Assembly: GCA_965226885.1 (NCBI GenBank)
Contig: CBDDEL010000016.1
Location: 192,001-256,000, forward strand
Source of the DNA: Opitutales bacterium
GTDB lineage: Bacteria; Verrucomicrobiota; Verrucomicrobiia; Opitutales; UBA2987
Direction: 5' to 3'
DNA length: 64,000 bases
The position numbers and the translations under genes were made by a program. The notes beneath the pieces are model-generated. The model did not search any database and was not told the DNA's origin. It saw only the letters and a program-made list of their open reading frames with translations. Of the stretch, positions 10,582-22,023 are shown one piece after another; the first letter of the stretch is position 1, and each line of letters starts with the position of its first letter.

Positions 10582-11383
10582 GGTAGTGTATAAAAAAAGA
10601 ATGTTATTTTGTATTTTTAGCTGTACAAATAGCGTTAGGCAGTTTATTCTTAGTGCATGGTTACTAAAATTATTAATTGTCGGCACTGTGGAAGTGAAAA
10701 TATCATTAAATTTGGCAAGACGCCCAACCATAAACAGCGCTACCGCTGCCATGATTGTGGTAAACAAAGCCGCGAAAACCCCACAGTGAGATACACCGAA
10801 GAGCAAAAAGAAATGATCCTTCGAGTCTATCAGGAACGCAGCAGTCTACGCGGTTTACAGCGCGCCTTCGGGGTGAGTCCCAACACCGTTTTGAGTTGGT
10901 TAAAAAAAACGACAATCGCTGCGACCGCTCAAAAGCACGATTCTTGCGGCCCGCCGCCATGATGTCATTGAACTGGACGAACTGTGGTCTTTTGTGGGGC
11001 GCAAGAGCGATGCCCAATGGGTTTGGATCGCTCTTTGCCGACGCACCCGTCAAATCCTCTCCTATGCCATTGGGCCTCGGGATTGGTATCGTTGCCGGGA
11101 ACTTTACGAGCGTCTGCCACGGGCCTACAAAAGATGTGCCACCTACAGCGACTTTTGGAGCACTTATGATGAAGTCTTTCCTCATAACCGATCCGTGGGA
11201 AAAGAAACCGGTGAAACGGCCCATGTGGAACGATGGAACAATACCCTGCGCCAACGACTGGGTCGTTTCACACTCAAAACCCTCTCCTTTTCCAAGCTTA
11301 AGAGTATGCATGAAACCTGTCTGAGACTTTTCATTCATCAATATAATCAAGAATTAGCCACCATTCCTACTTAATACACTACC
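10582..11383 (+). mobile_element. IS1-family element, copy 1 (802 bp; InsA 10657-10962 + InsB to 11374)
   Basis: IRs GGTAGTGTA.../...TACACTACC; InsA zinc ribbon CxxC..CxxC plus HTH; InsB ELDELW, SDFW, HVERWN; no matching target duplication. Confidence 0.92.
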
Positions 11384-11560
11384 GATTTCTGAAACGAGCT
11401 TACCCGTGGCAGGCGCTTGGGTAATTCCCATTTTGGAGTGTCCGGCTGCAATGACGACATTCTTGAGTTTCGGACTGAAGCTGATGATCGGCTTTGAATC
11501 GTAGGTCATAGGACGCCAACCGCACCATTCTTCTTCGACCGGATTGCCTAGTGGCTCCCG

Positions 11561-12362
11561 GGTAGTGTATAAAAAAAGAATGTTATTTTGTATTTTTAGC
11601 TGTACAAATAGCGTTAGGCAGTTTATTCTTAGTGCATGGTTACTAAAATTATTAATTGTCGGCACTGTGGAAGTGAAAATATCATTAAATTTGGCAAGAC
11701 GCCCAACCATAAACAGCGCTACCGCTGCCATGATTGTGGTAAACAAAGCCGCGAAAACCCCACAGTGAAATACACCGAAGAGCAAAAAGAAATGATCCTT
11801 CGAGTCTATCAGGAACGCAGCAGTCTACGCGGTTTACAGCGCGCCTTCGGGGTGAGTCCCAACACCGTTTTGAGTTGGTTAAAAAAAACGACAATCGCTG
11901 CGACCGCTCAAAAGCACGATTCTTGCGGCCCGCCGCCATGATGTCATTGAACTGGACGAACTGTGGTCTTTTGTGGGGCGCAAGAGCGATGCCCAATGGG
12001 TTTGGATCGCTCTTTGCCGACGCACCCGTCAAATCCTCTCCTATGCCATTGGGCCTCGGGATTGGTATCGTTGCCGGGAACTTTACGAGCGTCTGCCACG
12101 GGCCTACAAAAGATGTGCCACCTACAGCGACTTTTGGAGCACTTATGATGAAGTCTTTCCTCATAACCGATCCGTGGGAAAAGAAACCGGTGAAACGGCC
12201 CATGTGGAACGATGGAACAATACCCTGCGCCAACGACTGGGTCGTTTCACACGCAGAACCCTCTCCTTCTCCAAGCTTAAGAGTATGCATGAAACCTGTC
12301 TGAGACTTTTCATTCATCAATATAATCAAGAATTAGCCACCATTCCTACTTAATACACTACC
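11561..12362 (+). mobile_element. IS1-family element, copy 2 (802 bp)
   Basis: Near-identical to copy 1; 8-bp target duplication GGCTCCCG at 11553-11560 and 12363-12370. Confidence 0.94.
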
Positions 12363-13212
12363 GGCTCCCGGAGGTAGTGTTGTGCGCCCCGAACCAGGGC
12401 GGTGAGTCGCCTGCGGTTCATAGTGTCATTGTATCCTGAAAATTCGAGAGTCGAACCAATCCGGTAGCCGGTTTGAAATTGAGTGACGACCACCTTTTCG
12501 TGGTCAAAAATCAAGGGTCTGGAAGGACAGAGTTTTGGCCGGGACATGGTAATCGAATAGCCTTTGCCAGGCTGTATGGGTATCTTGCAGCCCAAATCCC
12601 GTTCAAAAGCCGGTGTCCACGCGCCGGTGGCGATGACAACCGCATCAGATTCTATTTCGCCGGCATCAGTGGTAACAGCCCTGACCTTGGCGTTTTCAAT
12701 GACAAACCCGGATACCGGGCACTTTTCAACGATACGAACACCTTCGTTTTCGAGCGATGTCCGCCATGAGTTGAGTAGTTTATCCGGGCGTAAATGGCAA
12801 TCTCCTGGGTAAAACCATGCCTCGGCACAAACATTGGGCAGAAGCGATGGTTCCCTTTCCAGTAATTCGTCGCTATTGATGCGCTGTGCTTCAACATGGA
12901 AATGATCCGCCATAAGTTTGTTGGTCTCTTCGACAGCATCCAGTTCCTTCTTATGACGGTAGATAAAGAAATTGCCTTTAGATTCCCATTCGCAATTTAT
13001 CGTCTTTAACCGCATCAGTTCGGCATAAAGAGAGCTGGAGGACAGGATCAACGAGTGAATGGCAGCGCCATTGCGCAACATTTTACCGGTTCGGCATTGT
13101 TTGGCGAATTGATAAAACCAATGAAAGAGGCCTATGTCTAAACGCGGCTTGATATAGAAGGGCGAGTCGGGCTTAGCCATCATCTTAAGTGCTTCCTTGA
13201 TTGCGCCCGGAG

Positions 13213-14538
13213 TGATGTGCACTGGAAAAAGTGGACACGAGATTCTCCTAAATGGAGAATCGAAGCATGGGAAGAAGACGCAGTATAGAGTTCAAAAATG
13301 AGGCAGTTCAACTGATGATACTCGATGGTCTGAGCGCCACCGAGGTATCGACCAAACTTGGGGTCAACACCAACCAATTGTATAGGTGGAAGAGGCTCTA
13401 TCTGGACGATCAGCAGGGCGAAGCCACCTCAAAGCGACAGAGCAGTCCGAAGGAGATGGCGGCCGAGATAGATCGTCTTCGCAAAGAGCTGCGCCGCTCG
13501 GAGCGGATCAACCAGATACTAAAAAAAACGGTGGGCTACTTTGCCAAGGACGAACAATGAAGTACCAGTTTGTCAAAGACAACGAGGGGCGCTTCAAGAT
13601 CGAGGAAATATGCTCGGCGATGGGGATTTGTCGCAGTGGCTATTACTGCTGGAGGCACCGAGCGCCCTCGGCCCGGCGGATCGAGGACGAGGGAATCAAG
13701 GGGGCGATCCTGAAGGTACACAAAGAGGCCAAGGGCCGCTATGGGCATCGGCCAATGCACCGCCATCTGAAGGATGATGAGGGCATCGATTGCGGCCGTG
13801 ACCGGGCTCTGCGTCTGATGCGTGAAATGGGAATCAAAAGCACCCAGAGTAAACGCTTTAAGCCATTAAAAACCAACAGTAACCATCCCTATGGTTACAG
13901 CCCCAATGTGCTTAAAAAGCATGGCCAGCCGACCCATATCGACGAGGTCTGGGTGGCGGACACGACCTACCTACGGACCCTGGCCGGTTGGATGTACTTG
14001 GCCACGGTGATGGACCTGTTCAGCCGACGCCTGCTGGGCTGGAGCGTTTCCAACCACAACGACGCGAAGCTGGTTGGCAAGGCCCTCAAAGCCGCGGCCA
14101 TGACCCGCGGCACACTGCGCACCGGGATTATTCATCACAGCGATCGGGGCAGCCCCTACGCCAGCGACGACTATCAGAGGCTGGTCTCTGAACTAGGCAT
14201 GAAGCCGAGCATGAGCGCCCAAGGCAACTGCTACGACAACGCGGCCATGGAATCGTTCTACGGCCGCTTCAAGACCAGCACGATTCGAGGCCGCCACCTT
14301 TGCCGACGAGCGCGAACTGCGATCAACTGTCTTCGAATACGTGGAAATCTTCTACAACCGATATCGCAAACATTCCTCTCTGAGTTACCAAAGCCCAGTC
14401 CAATTCGAGGAAAATATTTGCCCCCCATGGGGGGCAACGAGAAAACAAAACCCTTTACCAGAACAAGCCGCCTGACACACTAATCAATAAACAATGAATA
14501 TAAGAGAATCCCGTGTCCAACAAATCCAGTACACGTCA
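13213..14538 (+). mobile_element. IS3-family element, copy 1 (orfA 13252-13560, orfB with late +1 frameshift)
   Basis: TG...CA ends with IRs TGATGTGCACTGG / CCAGTACACGTCA; 3-bp DR GAG; W.AD.TY, HHSDRGS, GNCYDNA motifs; A8 slippery run. Confidence 0.93.
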
Positions 14539-14940
14539 GAGCGGCAAGAGGCAGAGAATGGCTTGGAGCAAAGAGTCCACAGTTGCCGTGAGAGCAAGCC
14601 GAACCATAAAGGCCACTATCGACAAGTGTGACCGTCCAACCGTCTTTGGCCAGATAATGAGCACTGGCGGCGCCGATAATGCCCCCACCTACAATTGTTA
14701 CAGAACGGGAACTCATTCTTGTTTTCTGTTAGAACCTATCTCAATTTCGCTGATGAATGATGTTTGTTGCCTGCCAAGCCAATAGAATCTATTACAATTT
14801 CGTAAACAAAAAAACTTAAAGTCCGACCGTCGGGCGGGTCCTGTCTTGAGTTTGAGAAAGATTTCTATTTTTTTTTTGCGTCCTTTTATCTGTCTTTGCG
14901 TCTTTTCTTATAAATTAACACAGAAAAGAAAGAAATTCCC

Positions 14941-15399
14941 ATGAATAATGATTCACCAGAGACCTACCCTCTTAACGCACGCACCCACATTGCTTTGCAT
15001 GTCGGCGATCTGAAATGATCGATTGAATTCTATCGGCTTCTCTTTGGCCGGGAACCGTCAAAAGTGCGGGATCGATATGCCAAGTTCGAGCCCGACAATC
15101 CGAGCCTCAACATGGCCCTCAACGAGAGTTCCGAATCGAAACCCCAAAATGAAGGTCTTTCCCATTTCGGCATTGAGGTCGATTCAGCGGAAGCCGTCAT
15201 GGAATGCGCGAAAAAACTCGAGCAGTCCGGTCTGAAAGTGCAGGTCGAGAAGCAAGTCACTTGTTGTTATGCCGTCCAGGACAAGATTTGGGCGAATGAT
15301 CCCGACGGCAACGCCTGGGAGGTTTTTGTCGTTACGCAAAAGAATGCCTCCGTTTGTTGTGGTGAGCAAAAAGAAGAATCATTAACCGCTTGCTGTTGA
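14941..15399 (+). pseudogene. ArsI/CadI-like VOC (glyoxalase-fold) protein with in-frame TGA at 15016-15018
   Basis: HIAL.V.DL..SIEFY, YAKF, HFGIEV, TCCYAVQDKIW..DPDGNAWE, C-terminal CC pairs. Confidence 0.85.
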
Positions 15400-15400
15400 A

Positions 15401-16000
15401 ATGGTTAGCTACCTCAAAAAGGAGAATGTAAAAAAACCCGCATCCGCCGGCAGGGCGACGGAAAAGGTTTGGAGGGAATTCAGCACGAAACTGCATCATT
15501 TCATCCTTGCTCGGGTGAGGGACGAACATTTGGCGGAGGATCTGTTGCAGGAAACGTTTTTACGCATCCACAACGGAGTCGATTCCTTGAAGAAAATGGA
15601 TCGTCTTCAATTTTGGGCCTTCCGCATCGCTAAAAACACGATTGCCGATCATTACAGGAAACGGCAGCCGCTTTTCGATTCCTTTGATTTGGACGCCATC
15701 GCGGAGACACAGGAGGAAGATAATTTCAATCGATTGGTGTCCGGCTGGCTGGAGAGAATGATCGGGTAATTGCCGCAAAAATACGGTATCGCCCTGCGCA
15801 TGGCGGAAGTTGAAGGCGCCACCCAGCAGGAGGTGGCCGACAGGCTATCACTCTCCCTCAGCGGAGCCAAATCGCGCATCCAGCGAGCCCGGCGCATGCT
15901 CAAGGAAATCCTTCTAGCGTGCTGCCATATCGAGCTCGACATCGAAGGAAACGTCATTGATTACGGCCCGGCCAAAGGCTGCCGGGATTGTCGGCGCTAG
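15401..16000 (+). pseudogene. SigZ-like ECF sigma factor with in-frame TAA at 15767-15769
   Basis: AEDLLQETF, W.FRIA.N.I.D.YR, LSLSGAKSRIQRAR, CC..E.D..G.V.DY; two same-frame ORFs separated by one stop. Confidence 0.85.
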
Positions 16001-16135
16001 GCAGTTGTTTATGGATGGCGACCATTTGACTGCATTAGCTGTCGAACACGGTCAATCGTCAAAAGGATGTGTAACTAGCCTGCCTCGGCCAGGTAGGAAT
16101 TATCCGCCAACCAAGGAAAACCGGGAAATTTCCAA

Positions 16136-19100
16136 ATGATCATTGCCCATAAAGGCGATGGAGATAGTAATGGGATAGTGTTCAGGACAATCAGGCAGGA
16201 TTATCTTTTATTGATTTTGATAACACTGCTGCTGCCGACCGCTTTACTTTCCGGCCAGGGCCAGGAAATGCGGAAAATATCGGCAGTAGCGCTGGAAGAT
16301 AAAATCTATGCCTCCTGGCTGGGGCAGTGCGTGGGCAATATCTATGGGCTTCCCCACGAGAACAGGTATATCGACGAGCCGGGTCCGGATGAATTTCCCC
16401 TGGGGTATTACGACCTCAGCCGTTTAGAGAAGAATGATGGGGCGTTTTCCGATGACGATACCGACATCGAGTACATGTATCTGCTGGCTATGGAAAAATA
16501 CGGCCTCGAGCCGACTTATGGGCAATTGGCCGAAAGCTGGAAACACCATGTGCGGGGAAAGGTTTGGCTGGCCAACCGGGCCGCCCTGGCCGCCATGCAT
16601 TATGGTTACAGCCCTCCGGCCACTGGTTTTAAGGCAAACAGCCCGCACTGGTTCCAGATCGACCCGCAATTGATCAACGAAATCTGGGCCGTCACCGCGC
16701 CCGGCATGGTGAGCTATGCGGCCGAAAAATCGACCTGGGCAGCCCGTATCATGGATGACGGCTGGGGCATCGAACCCACCTTGGCCTACGCCGCCATGTA
16801 TGCGGCTGCATTTTTCGAGGCGGATATCGACAGCCTCCTGCGGGCCGGAAAAAGCGCCCTGCCGATCGAGGGACGATTTTTAAAATCCATCGAGTATGTT
16901 GAAAATCTTTACAGGAAACATCCGCAGGATTGGAAAATTGCCCGGCATAAGGTCGTGCAAAAATATTTTCATGGGGAACCGCCCGATACCCGCACCATAT
17001 GGAATGCCAACCTGAATGGCGCCCTCGGTATTCAGGCCCTGCTTTACGGCCGGGGCGACTTCCAGCTAACCCTCGACCTGGCCTGCGCCCTGGGCATGGA
17101 CGCCGACAACCAGGCCGCCACCATGGCCGGATTGATCGGCTTGATGAAGGGCTCTCAGGGGATTGCCCAAAAATTGCTTTTTCCGCTCCCCGGGCGCCAT
17201 TGGGAAAAACCCTTGAACGATATTTACAAAAATGTCAGCCGCCACGATATGCCCGATATCGGCCTGCGCGAACTCGCCCGGCGGACCTTATTGCAAACGG
17301 AAAAATTATCCTCCAAAATGGCGGCGAAAAATGGAGTGAAGACGGGCTAGTCTATTACAAGATCAACCCCGAGGCTCGATTCATTGCTCCGTTGGAACTG
17401 CCGGCGGGTCCGCCGCCATTCATCGTTGCGGGAAAAAGTTTTCGCTTTCCCATACCGGTTTCAGGCGGCGAGCCGCCCTATCGTTGGGGTCTGCGAGGGG
17501 GAACCATTCCAGCCGGAGCCGCTTTCAGGAACGGCGTCATCGAGGGAAGGGTGCCGGGTGCGGGTCTTTATAAACTCCGCGTTGAGGTAAAACAGGGTGG
17601 CGAAAATGCCGAACGCGAATACCGGCTCCTGGTGCGCGGAAAAAACCTGGCCCCAAGCGCCGCGCGGGTATTGGCCGGAGTCCGAAAAACCAATACGGCA
17701 GTGCGCGACGCCATGTGGCTGTCGGTGCCTCGATCCTTTTACGCCGATGACCTGGAATCTATCATCCGGGACGGCCAAACGCTGGGCCCCGGCTCGACCT
17801 TTTACAGTATTGAGGGAGAAGTCGCCCGCCAACGGGATTTCTATGGCTACGAATGGGACGATGAGCAATTGATCGGGCTCATCGCCTATCACACCGGAAC
17901 GGTGGAGGAAAACGGTGGCTGGTTCCAGTCCTTGAAGACTGAATACCGGGATGAGATAGGAAACTGGCGTGAGGTCGAAGACTTGGTTTTAAGCCCAAAT
18001 TTGCCCCCTGAGCTACCCGATGGCGTTAACCCATACAACAAGCCCCATTTCGTGGAATACCTCTTATACCAAATCGCAAAAGGATTGATAAAGATTAAAA
18101 AACAGCTATAGAGGCGGAATGAGAAGATATATGGGAACCGATGAAGACCGTGAACGTATCAAGAAATTGCTCAACAAAGAGGCTGTCGGCTGGCGTAAAG
18201 AGCGTTTGGTGGCATTAAAAATGGGCTTCCAGCCGCACCACAGCATTGATGAAATTGGAGCCATCGTGGGCCGAGGCAAAGCGACGATCCAGCGTTGGTT
18301 TGACAAATATCGTGCTGCAGGGCTCGGGGCGGTGCTTACACGCGCCTACAAAGGCGGGATCAAAAGCCGTTGCGACAAAGAGGTGGAGGCCTTCTTGCTC
18401 AATGGTTTGAAGGTCGCGCGCTGGAACACAGCCGTTCAGGCGGGGCAAGAGCTGGAGCGACATTTCGGGCGCTCCTTCGCCTACAAGACGGTGTGGCGAT
18501 GGCTAAAAAAATGCGCCGGGGTGCTTCGAGTCCCTCGCCCCGTGCATGAGAAACGGGACTCGGCAAAAGCGGAAGCGTTCAAGCGAGACTTTTTTAAGAT
18601 CCTCCAGGAGCTTTCCCTCACCCGAGGCAATCGGGTTCGGGTGTGGTTTGCCGATGAAAGCCGTTTTGGTTTGCTTCCGGTGTACCGCCGGTGCTGGACG
18701 CAAAGAGGGCTTCGGCCGCACAAAAAATATCAGACAAGATACCAGTGGAGCTACTGTTACGGAGCCCTCGACGTGGTCAACGGCGAGATGGTATGCATCC
18801 AAACCCCTAGCACGAATCTACAGTGGACGGAGGCTTTCCTCCAACAGATCAAAAAGCAATATCCTGAGGAGGAACATGTGGTTGTATGGGACGGGGCAGG
18901 CTTCCATCCGCACGACTCGGAGCACCCCAACGTCCCCCCGGGCATACATATCGTGAATTTGCCGCCGTATAGTCCTGAACTCAACCCGATTGAAAGACTT
19001 TGGGATATGATACAGGATCAAACGGCCAACAAACTGTGGCCGAGCATTGAGCGACTCGAAGAAGTCGTCGCAACCCATCTCAAAGACTGGTGGGAGGACA

Positions 19101-19344
19101 CTGAAAAAGTCCTCTCTTTAGTTGGCGGAGGCTGGCAGCACATTCAAGCAAACGCTTCTGCCAAATAACTTATTATCATACCTAATGAGATTTGGTATTA
19201 GCCTTCAAACCGGTGCGGACCAAAGCCGTCCGAATAATCGGAGAAGCGGGTAGCGCCCGACACTGGAAAAGCAAAAAGATACCGTTTACCTCCATAACCG
19301 AATTGAGCGTGCACGGACCTCTGCCGGGCTACAAGAACTTGTGA
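16136..19344 (+). pseudogene. Secreted ADP-ribosylglycohydrolase + Ig-like + discoidin-like domain protein; frameshift near 17300 and IS630 insertion
   Basis: Signal-peptide-like hydrophobic stretch, SDDDTD and GMDADNQAA ARH motifs; C-terminal LAFKPVRTKAVRI...FTSITELSV resumes after the IS at 19198. Confidence 0.82.
18067..19197 (+). mobile_element. IS630-family element, copy 1 (1131 bp; transposase 18119-19168)
   Basis: IRs TACCAAATC/GATTTGGTA; FADESRFG, VWDGAGFH, LPPYSPELNPIE DDE motifs; TTA on both flanks. Confidence 0.94.
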
Positions 19345-19452
19345 CAATTAGAACTCGGCAACGGGAGACGGTAAGGATTTGACCGCGAAAATGGATTCTG
19401 GTAAGCCAGCCCATAAATTAATCGCCTGTTTATTTATTCCTCACCCCATTCA

Positions 19453-20517
19453 TTGATGAAAGACAAATTGACCAATGCCGAAACTCGCCGGGATTTTCTG
19501 AAAAAAGGAGTCCTGGCCGGACTCGGCCCCCTGGCTCTGGCTTCCTTGGCGGGCTGCCAGGGCAAGGAATCCGCCAATGCCGTTCCCGCCGCCGGGGGAA
19601 GGCGAAAACTCAGGGCAGCCATCGGCAATGCCGGACTGCAAAGCACATGGTGCGCCCTCGGCAAAACCACCGCCGAGCTTTGGGGCGACATGCTCGACGT
19701 CGATGTGACCTGGTTCGACGGCGCTTTCAACCTGGAAAAACAGCGCAGCGAAATGGAGCGACTGGCCAACCAGGATTGGGATTTCGTGGTCGTGCAGGCC
19801 TACCAAATCGATTTTCTGGAGCCGGTGGTGCGCAAGCTCAAACGCCGCAACGTACCCGTCATCAGTATGGACACGCACCTGGTCGCTATGGAACGCATGA
19901 GAGAAGTCGGCGTGTGGATGCAAATCGAACCGGACCAGCAATGCATGGGGCGCACCAGCACCCAATATCTGATGGAAAAAATCGGGGGCAAGGGCAAGGT
20001 TATCCACATTGGAGGGGCCAGCGGGCATTCCGGGGCGCAGGGCCGCCAGGCCGGTTTCGAGGAAGTCGTCAAAGATTATCCCGATGTCGAGGTTGTCGGA
20101 GGTGGCGTGCGCTGGTGCGATTGGGAAAAAGAAAAAGCCCGTTCCACCTTCACCGCCCTGCTCAACCAGACGCAGGAAAAAATAGCGGGCGCCTTTTTTC
20201 ATAGCGACGATATGGCCATTACGGCAGTCGAGGCGCTCAAGGGCAGCCGGCACGAGGGGATGGTCGTAACCGGGGTTGACGGGCAAAAAGAGGGCCTCAC
20301 AGCCATCCGCGACGGCCGCATGGCCGCCACCACAGTGAATCCGGTATGCCTCATCCACATGACCGCCCTGGTCATCGGACAATACATCGTGCGCAATGGG
20401 GAAAAAATGGAAGACCTGCCCCTGCGGGTGGTCACACCGGGACCTCTGGTCAGCAGGGAGACCGGAAACATAGAAGCCTTGCTTTATATGGCGGATCCCT
20501 CCCATTGCCTTGTTTGA
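19453..20517 (+). CDS. Sugar ABC transporter substrate-binding lipoprotein (RbsB-like), Tat signal
   Basis: TRRDFLK twin-arginine motif, LAGC lipobox, R..GF, CDW, SDDMA, VTGVDG. Confidence 0.9.
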   Translation: MMKDKLTNAETRRDFLKKGVLAGLGPLALASLAGCQGKESANAVPAAGGRRKLRAAIGNAGLQSTWCALGKTTAELWGDMLDVDVTWFDGAFNLEKQRSEMERLANQDWDFVVVQAYQIDFLEPVVRKLKRRNVPVISMDTHLVAMERMREVGVWMQIEPDQQCMGRTSTQYLMEKIGGKGKVIHIGGASGHSGAQGRQAGFEEVVKDYPDVEVVGGGVRWCDWEKEKARSTFTALLNQTQEKIAGAFFHSDDMAITAVEALKGSRHEGMVVTGVDGQKEGLTAIRDGRMAATTVNPVCLIHMTALVIGQYIVRNGEKMEDLPLRVVTPGPLVSRETGNIEALLYMADPSHCLV

Positions 20518-20538
20518 GAAAATTTTCATCGCGCGCCC

Positions 20539-22023
20539 ATGCTTCTAAGCTGTGAAAATATCTCCAAATCCTACTCCGGGGTAGAGGCTCTCCATCAGGT
20601 CAGCCTGCAATTGCGGGCCGGAGAAGTGCATGGCCTGGTCGGCGCCAATGGGGCCGGTAAAAGCACCCTCATGAAAATTCTCTCCGGGGCTCTTTCCGAT
20701 TTTGAGGGGGCGATCACCTTTCAAGACAAACCCCTGCAGATGGCCAACCCGCACGACGCCCTTGCCCACGGTATCGCCATGGTTTACCAGGAATTGTCTG
20801 GAGTGGGAAAATTGAGCGTGGCCGAAAATCTCTTCCTGGGACGCCAGTTGCGTGGCCGGTTCGGCTTAATCGACTGGAAAACGATGAACCGCCGGGCCCG
20901 TGAAATCTTGGCCTCTGTGGGGCTGGACCTAGATGTGACGCACCCGTTGGAGAGTTTTTCACTGAGCATCCGGCAAATGATCGAGATCGCCCGCTGTCTC
21001 CAGGCCGGAAGCCGTTTGTTCATTCTGGACGAACCGACCAGCGCCCTCTCCCCACCGGAAAAGGAGCGGCTTTTTCAGCTTTTGGCCAAACTGAGGGATG
21101 AGGGCAAAGGCATTGTGTTTGTCAGCCATTTTATCGAGGAGGTTCTCGAAATCTGCGACCGCGTGACCATTTTGGTGGATGGACGCTTGCGCTCGACCTT
21201 GCCCACAACCGGGTTGAGCAAACATGAAGTGATTCACGAAATGCTCGACGGCAAGGACATGGGCACCGAAGAAGCCATGGAAGAGGCGGTTTTGCTGCCT
21301 CCAAAATCGCTGGAGAAACCCTTAGTGCAATTGCGTTCTCTAAGCCTTAAGGGCGCCTGTAAAAATATCAGCCTGGATCTAAGGCCCGGCGAATCTCTCG
21401 GCCTTTATGGATTTGTGGGAGCCGGTCACCAGGAATTGGCCCACTGCCTGTGCGGTTCCAAAAAGGCGGATGGCGGTGATTTTATTTGGGAAAACCAGTC
21501 CATTCCCATGCCTACACCGCACCGGGCGGTGCAAATGGGGATTGCTTTTGTAGCCGCAGACAGAGCGGCTTCCATCGTTCCCAAAGAGGAAAATTACAAA
21601 AACATCACCATTGCCCACCTCGATTCTGCCATCGGACATTGGGTCACTCCGGCCAAAGAAATTGCCGTGGCCGCTCCTTGTTTGGAAAAAGTCGGCTGCC
21701 AACCCCCGGACCCGCGCCGCAAAACCGGTTCCCTCTCCGGCGGCAACCAGCAAAAAGTGGTCCTCGGCAAATGGCTGCTGGATGAAGTCCGGTTCCTCAT
21801 TCTGGAAGAACCGACCCGGGGCATGGATGTGGGGGCCAAACGGGAGGTGATGAAACTGGTGCGCGATTTGAAGAAACAGGGGGCGGCCGTCCTCATCGCC
21901 AGCAGCGAACCGGAATTGCTCCTAGCCCATGCCGACCGCATCCTGGTCATGCGCCGGGGAGTCGTGACGAAAGAGCTGTTCGACTGCAAGGTGGACAAAG
22001 CGGAACTCATGCGCCATGCCTGA
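20539..22023 (+). CDS. Sugar ABC transporter ATP-binding protein (RbsA-like, two NBDs)
   Basis: GANGAGKSTL, ILDEPT, LSGGNQQKV, EEPTRG.DVGAK. Confidence 0.94.
   Translation: MLLSCENISKSYSGVEALHQVSLQLRAGEVHGLVGANGAGKSTLMKILSGALSDFEGAITFQDKPLQMANPHDALAHGIAMVYQELSGVGKLSVAENLFLGRQLRGRFGLIDWKTMNRRAREILASVGLDLDVTHPLESFSLSIRQMIEIARCLQAGSRLFILDEPTSALSPPEKERLFQLLAKLRDEGKGIVFVSHFIEEVLEICDRVTILVDGRLRSTLPTTGLSKHEVIHEMLDGKDMGTEEAMEEAVLLPPKSLEKPLVQLRSLSLKGACKNISLDLRPGESLGLYGFVGAGHQELAHCLCGSKKADGGDFIWENQSIPMPTPHRAVQMGIAFVAADRAASIVPKEENYKNITIAHLDSAIGHWVTPAKEIAVAAPCLEKVGCQPPDPRRKTGSLSGGNQQKVVLGKWLLDEVRFLILEEPTRGMDVGAKREVMKLVRDLKKQGAAVLIASSEPELLLAHADRILVMRRGVVTKELFDCKVDKAELMRHA

Larger units (their letters stand above)
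11384..14716 (-). pseudogene. FAD-dependent D-amino acid dehydrogenase (DadA-like), split by IS3 and IS1 and truncated by a second IS1
   Basis: VGGGIIG...ACSHGNCG (14716-14539), PGKGYS middle (13212-12363), WCGWRP...AAGH..MGITQAPATG tail (11560-11384); pieces rejoin in frame across the DRs. Confidence 0.9.

Noticed and set aside
15016..15769. Stop-codon recoding (selenocysteine or alternative genetic code) in arsI-like and sigZ-like genes
   Set aside because: In-frame stops in the window are of all three types (TAG, TGA, TAA), the TGA is not at a Cys position, and intact genes end normally in TGA
19450..20529. Long antisense or alternate-frame ORFs (also 3325-4323, 7930-8613, 33891-34604, 58842-59804)
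   Set aside because: Shadow ORFs of well-supported genes in GC-rich coding DNA; no motifs
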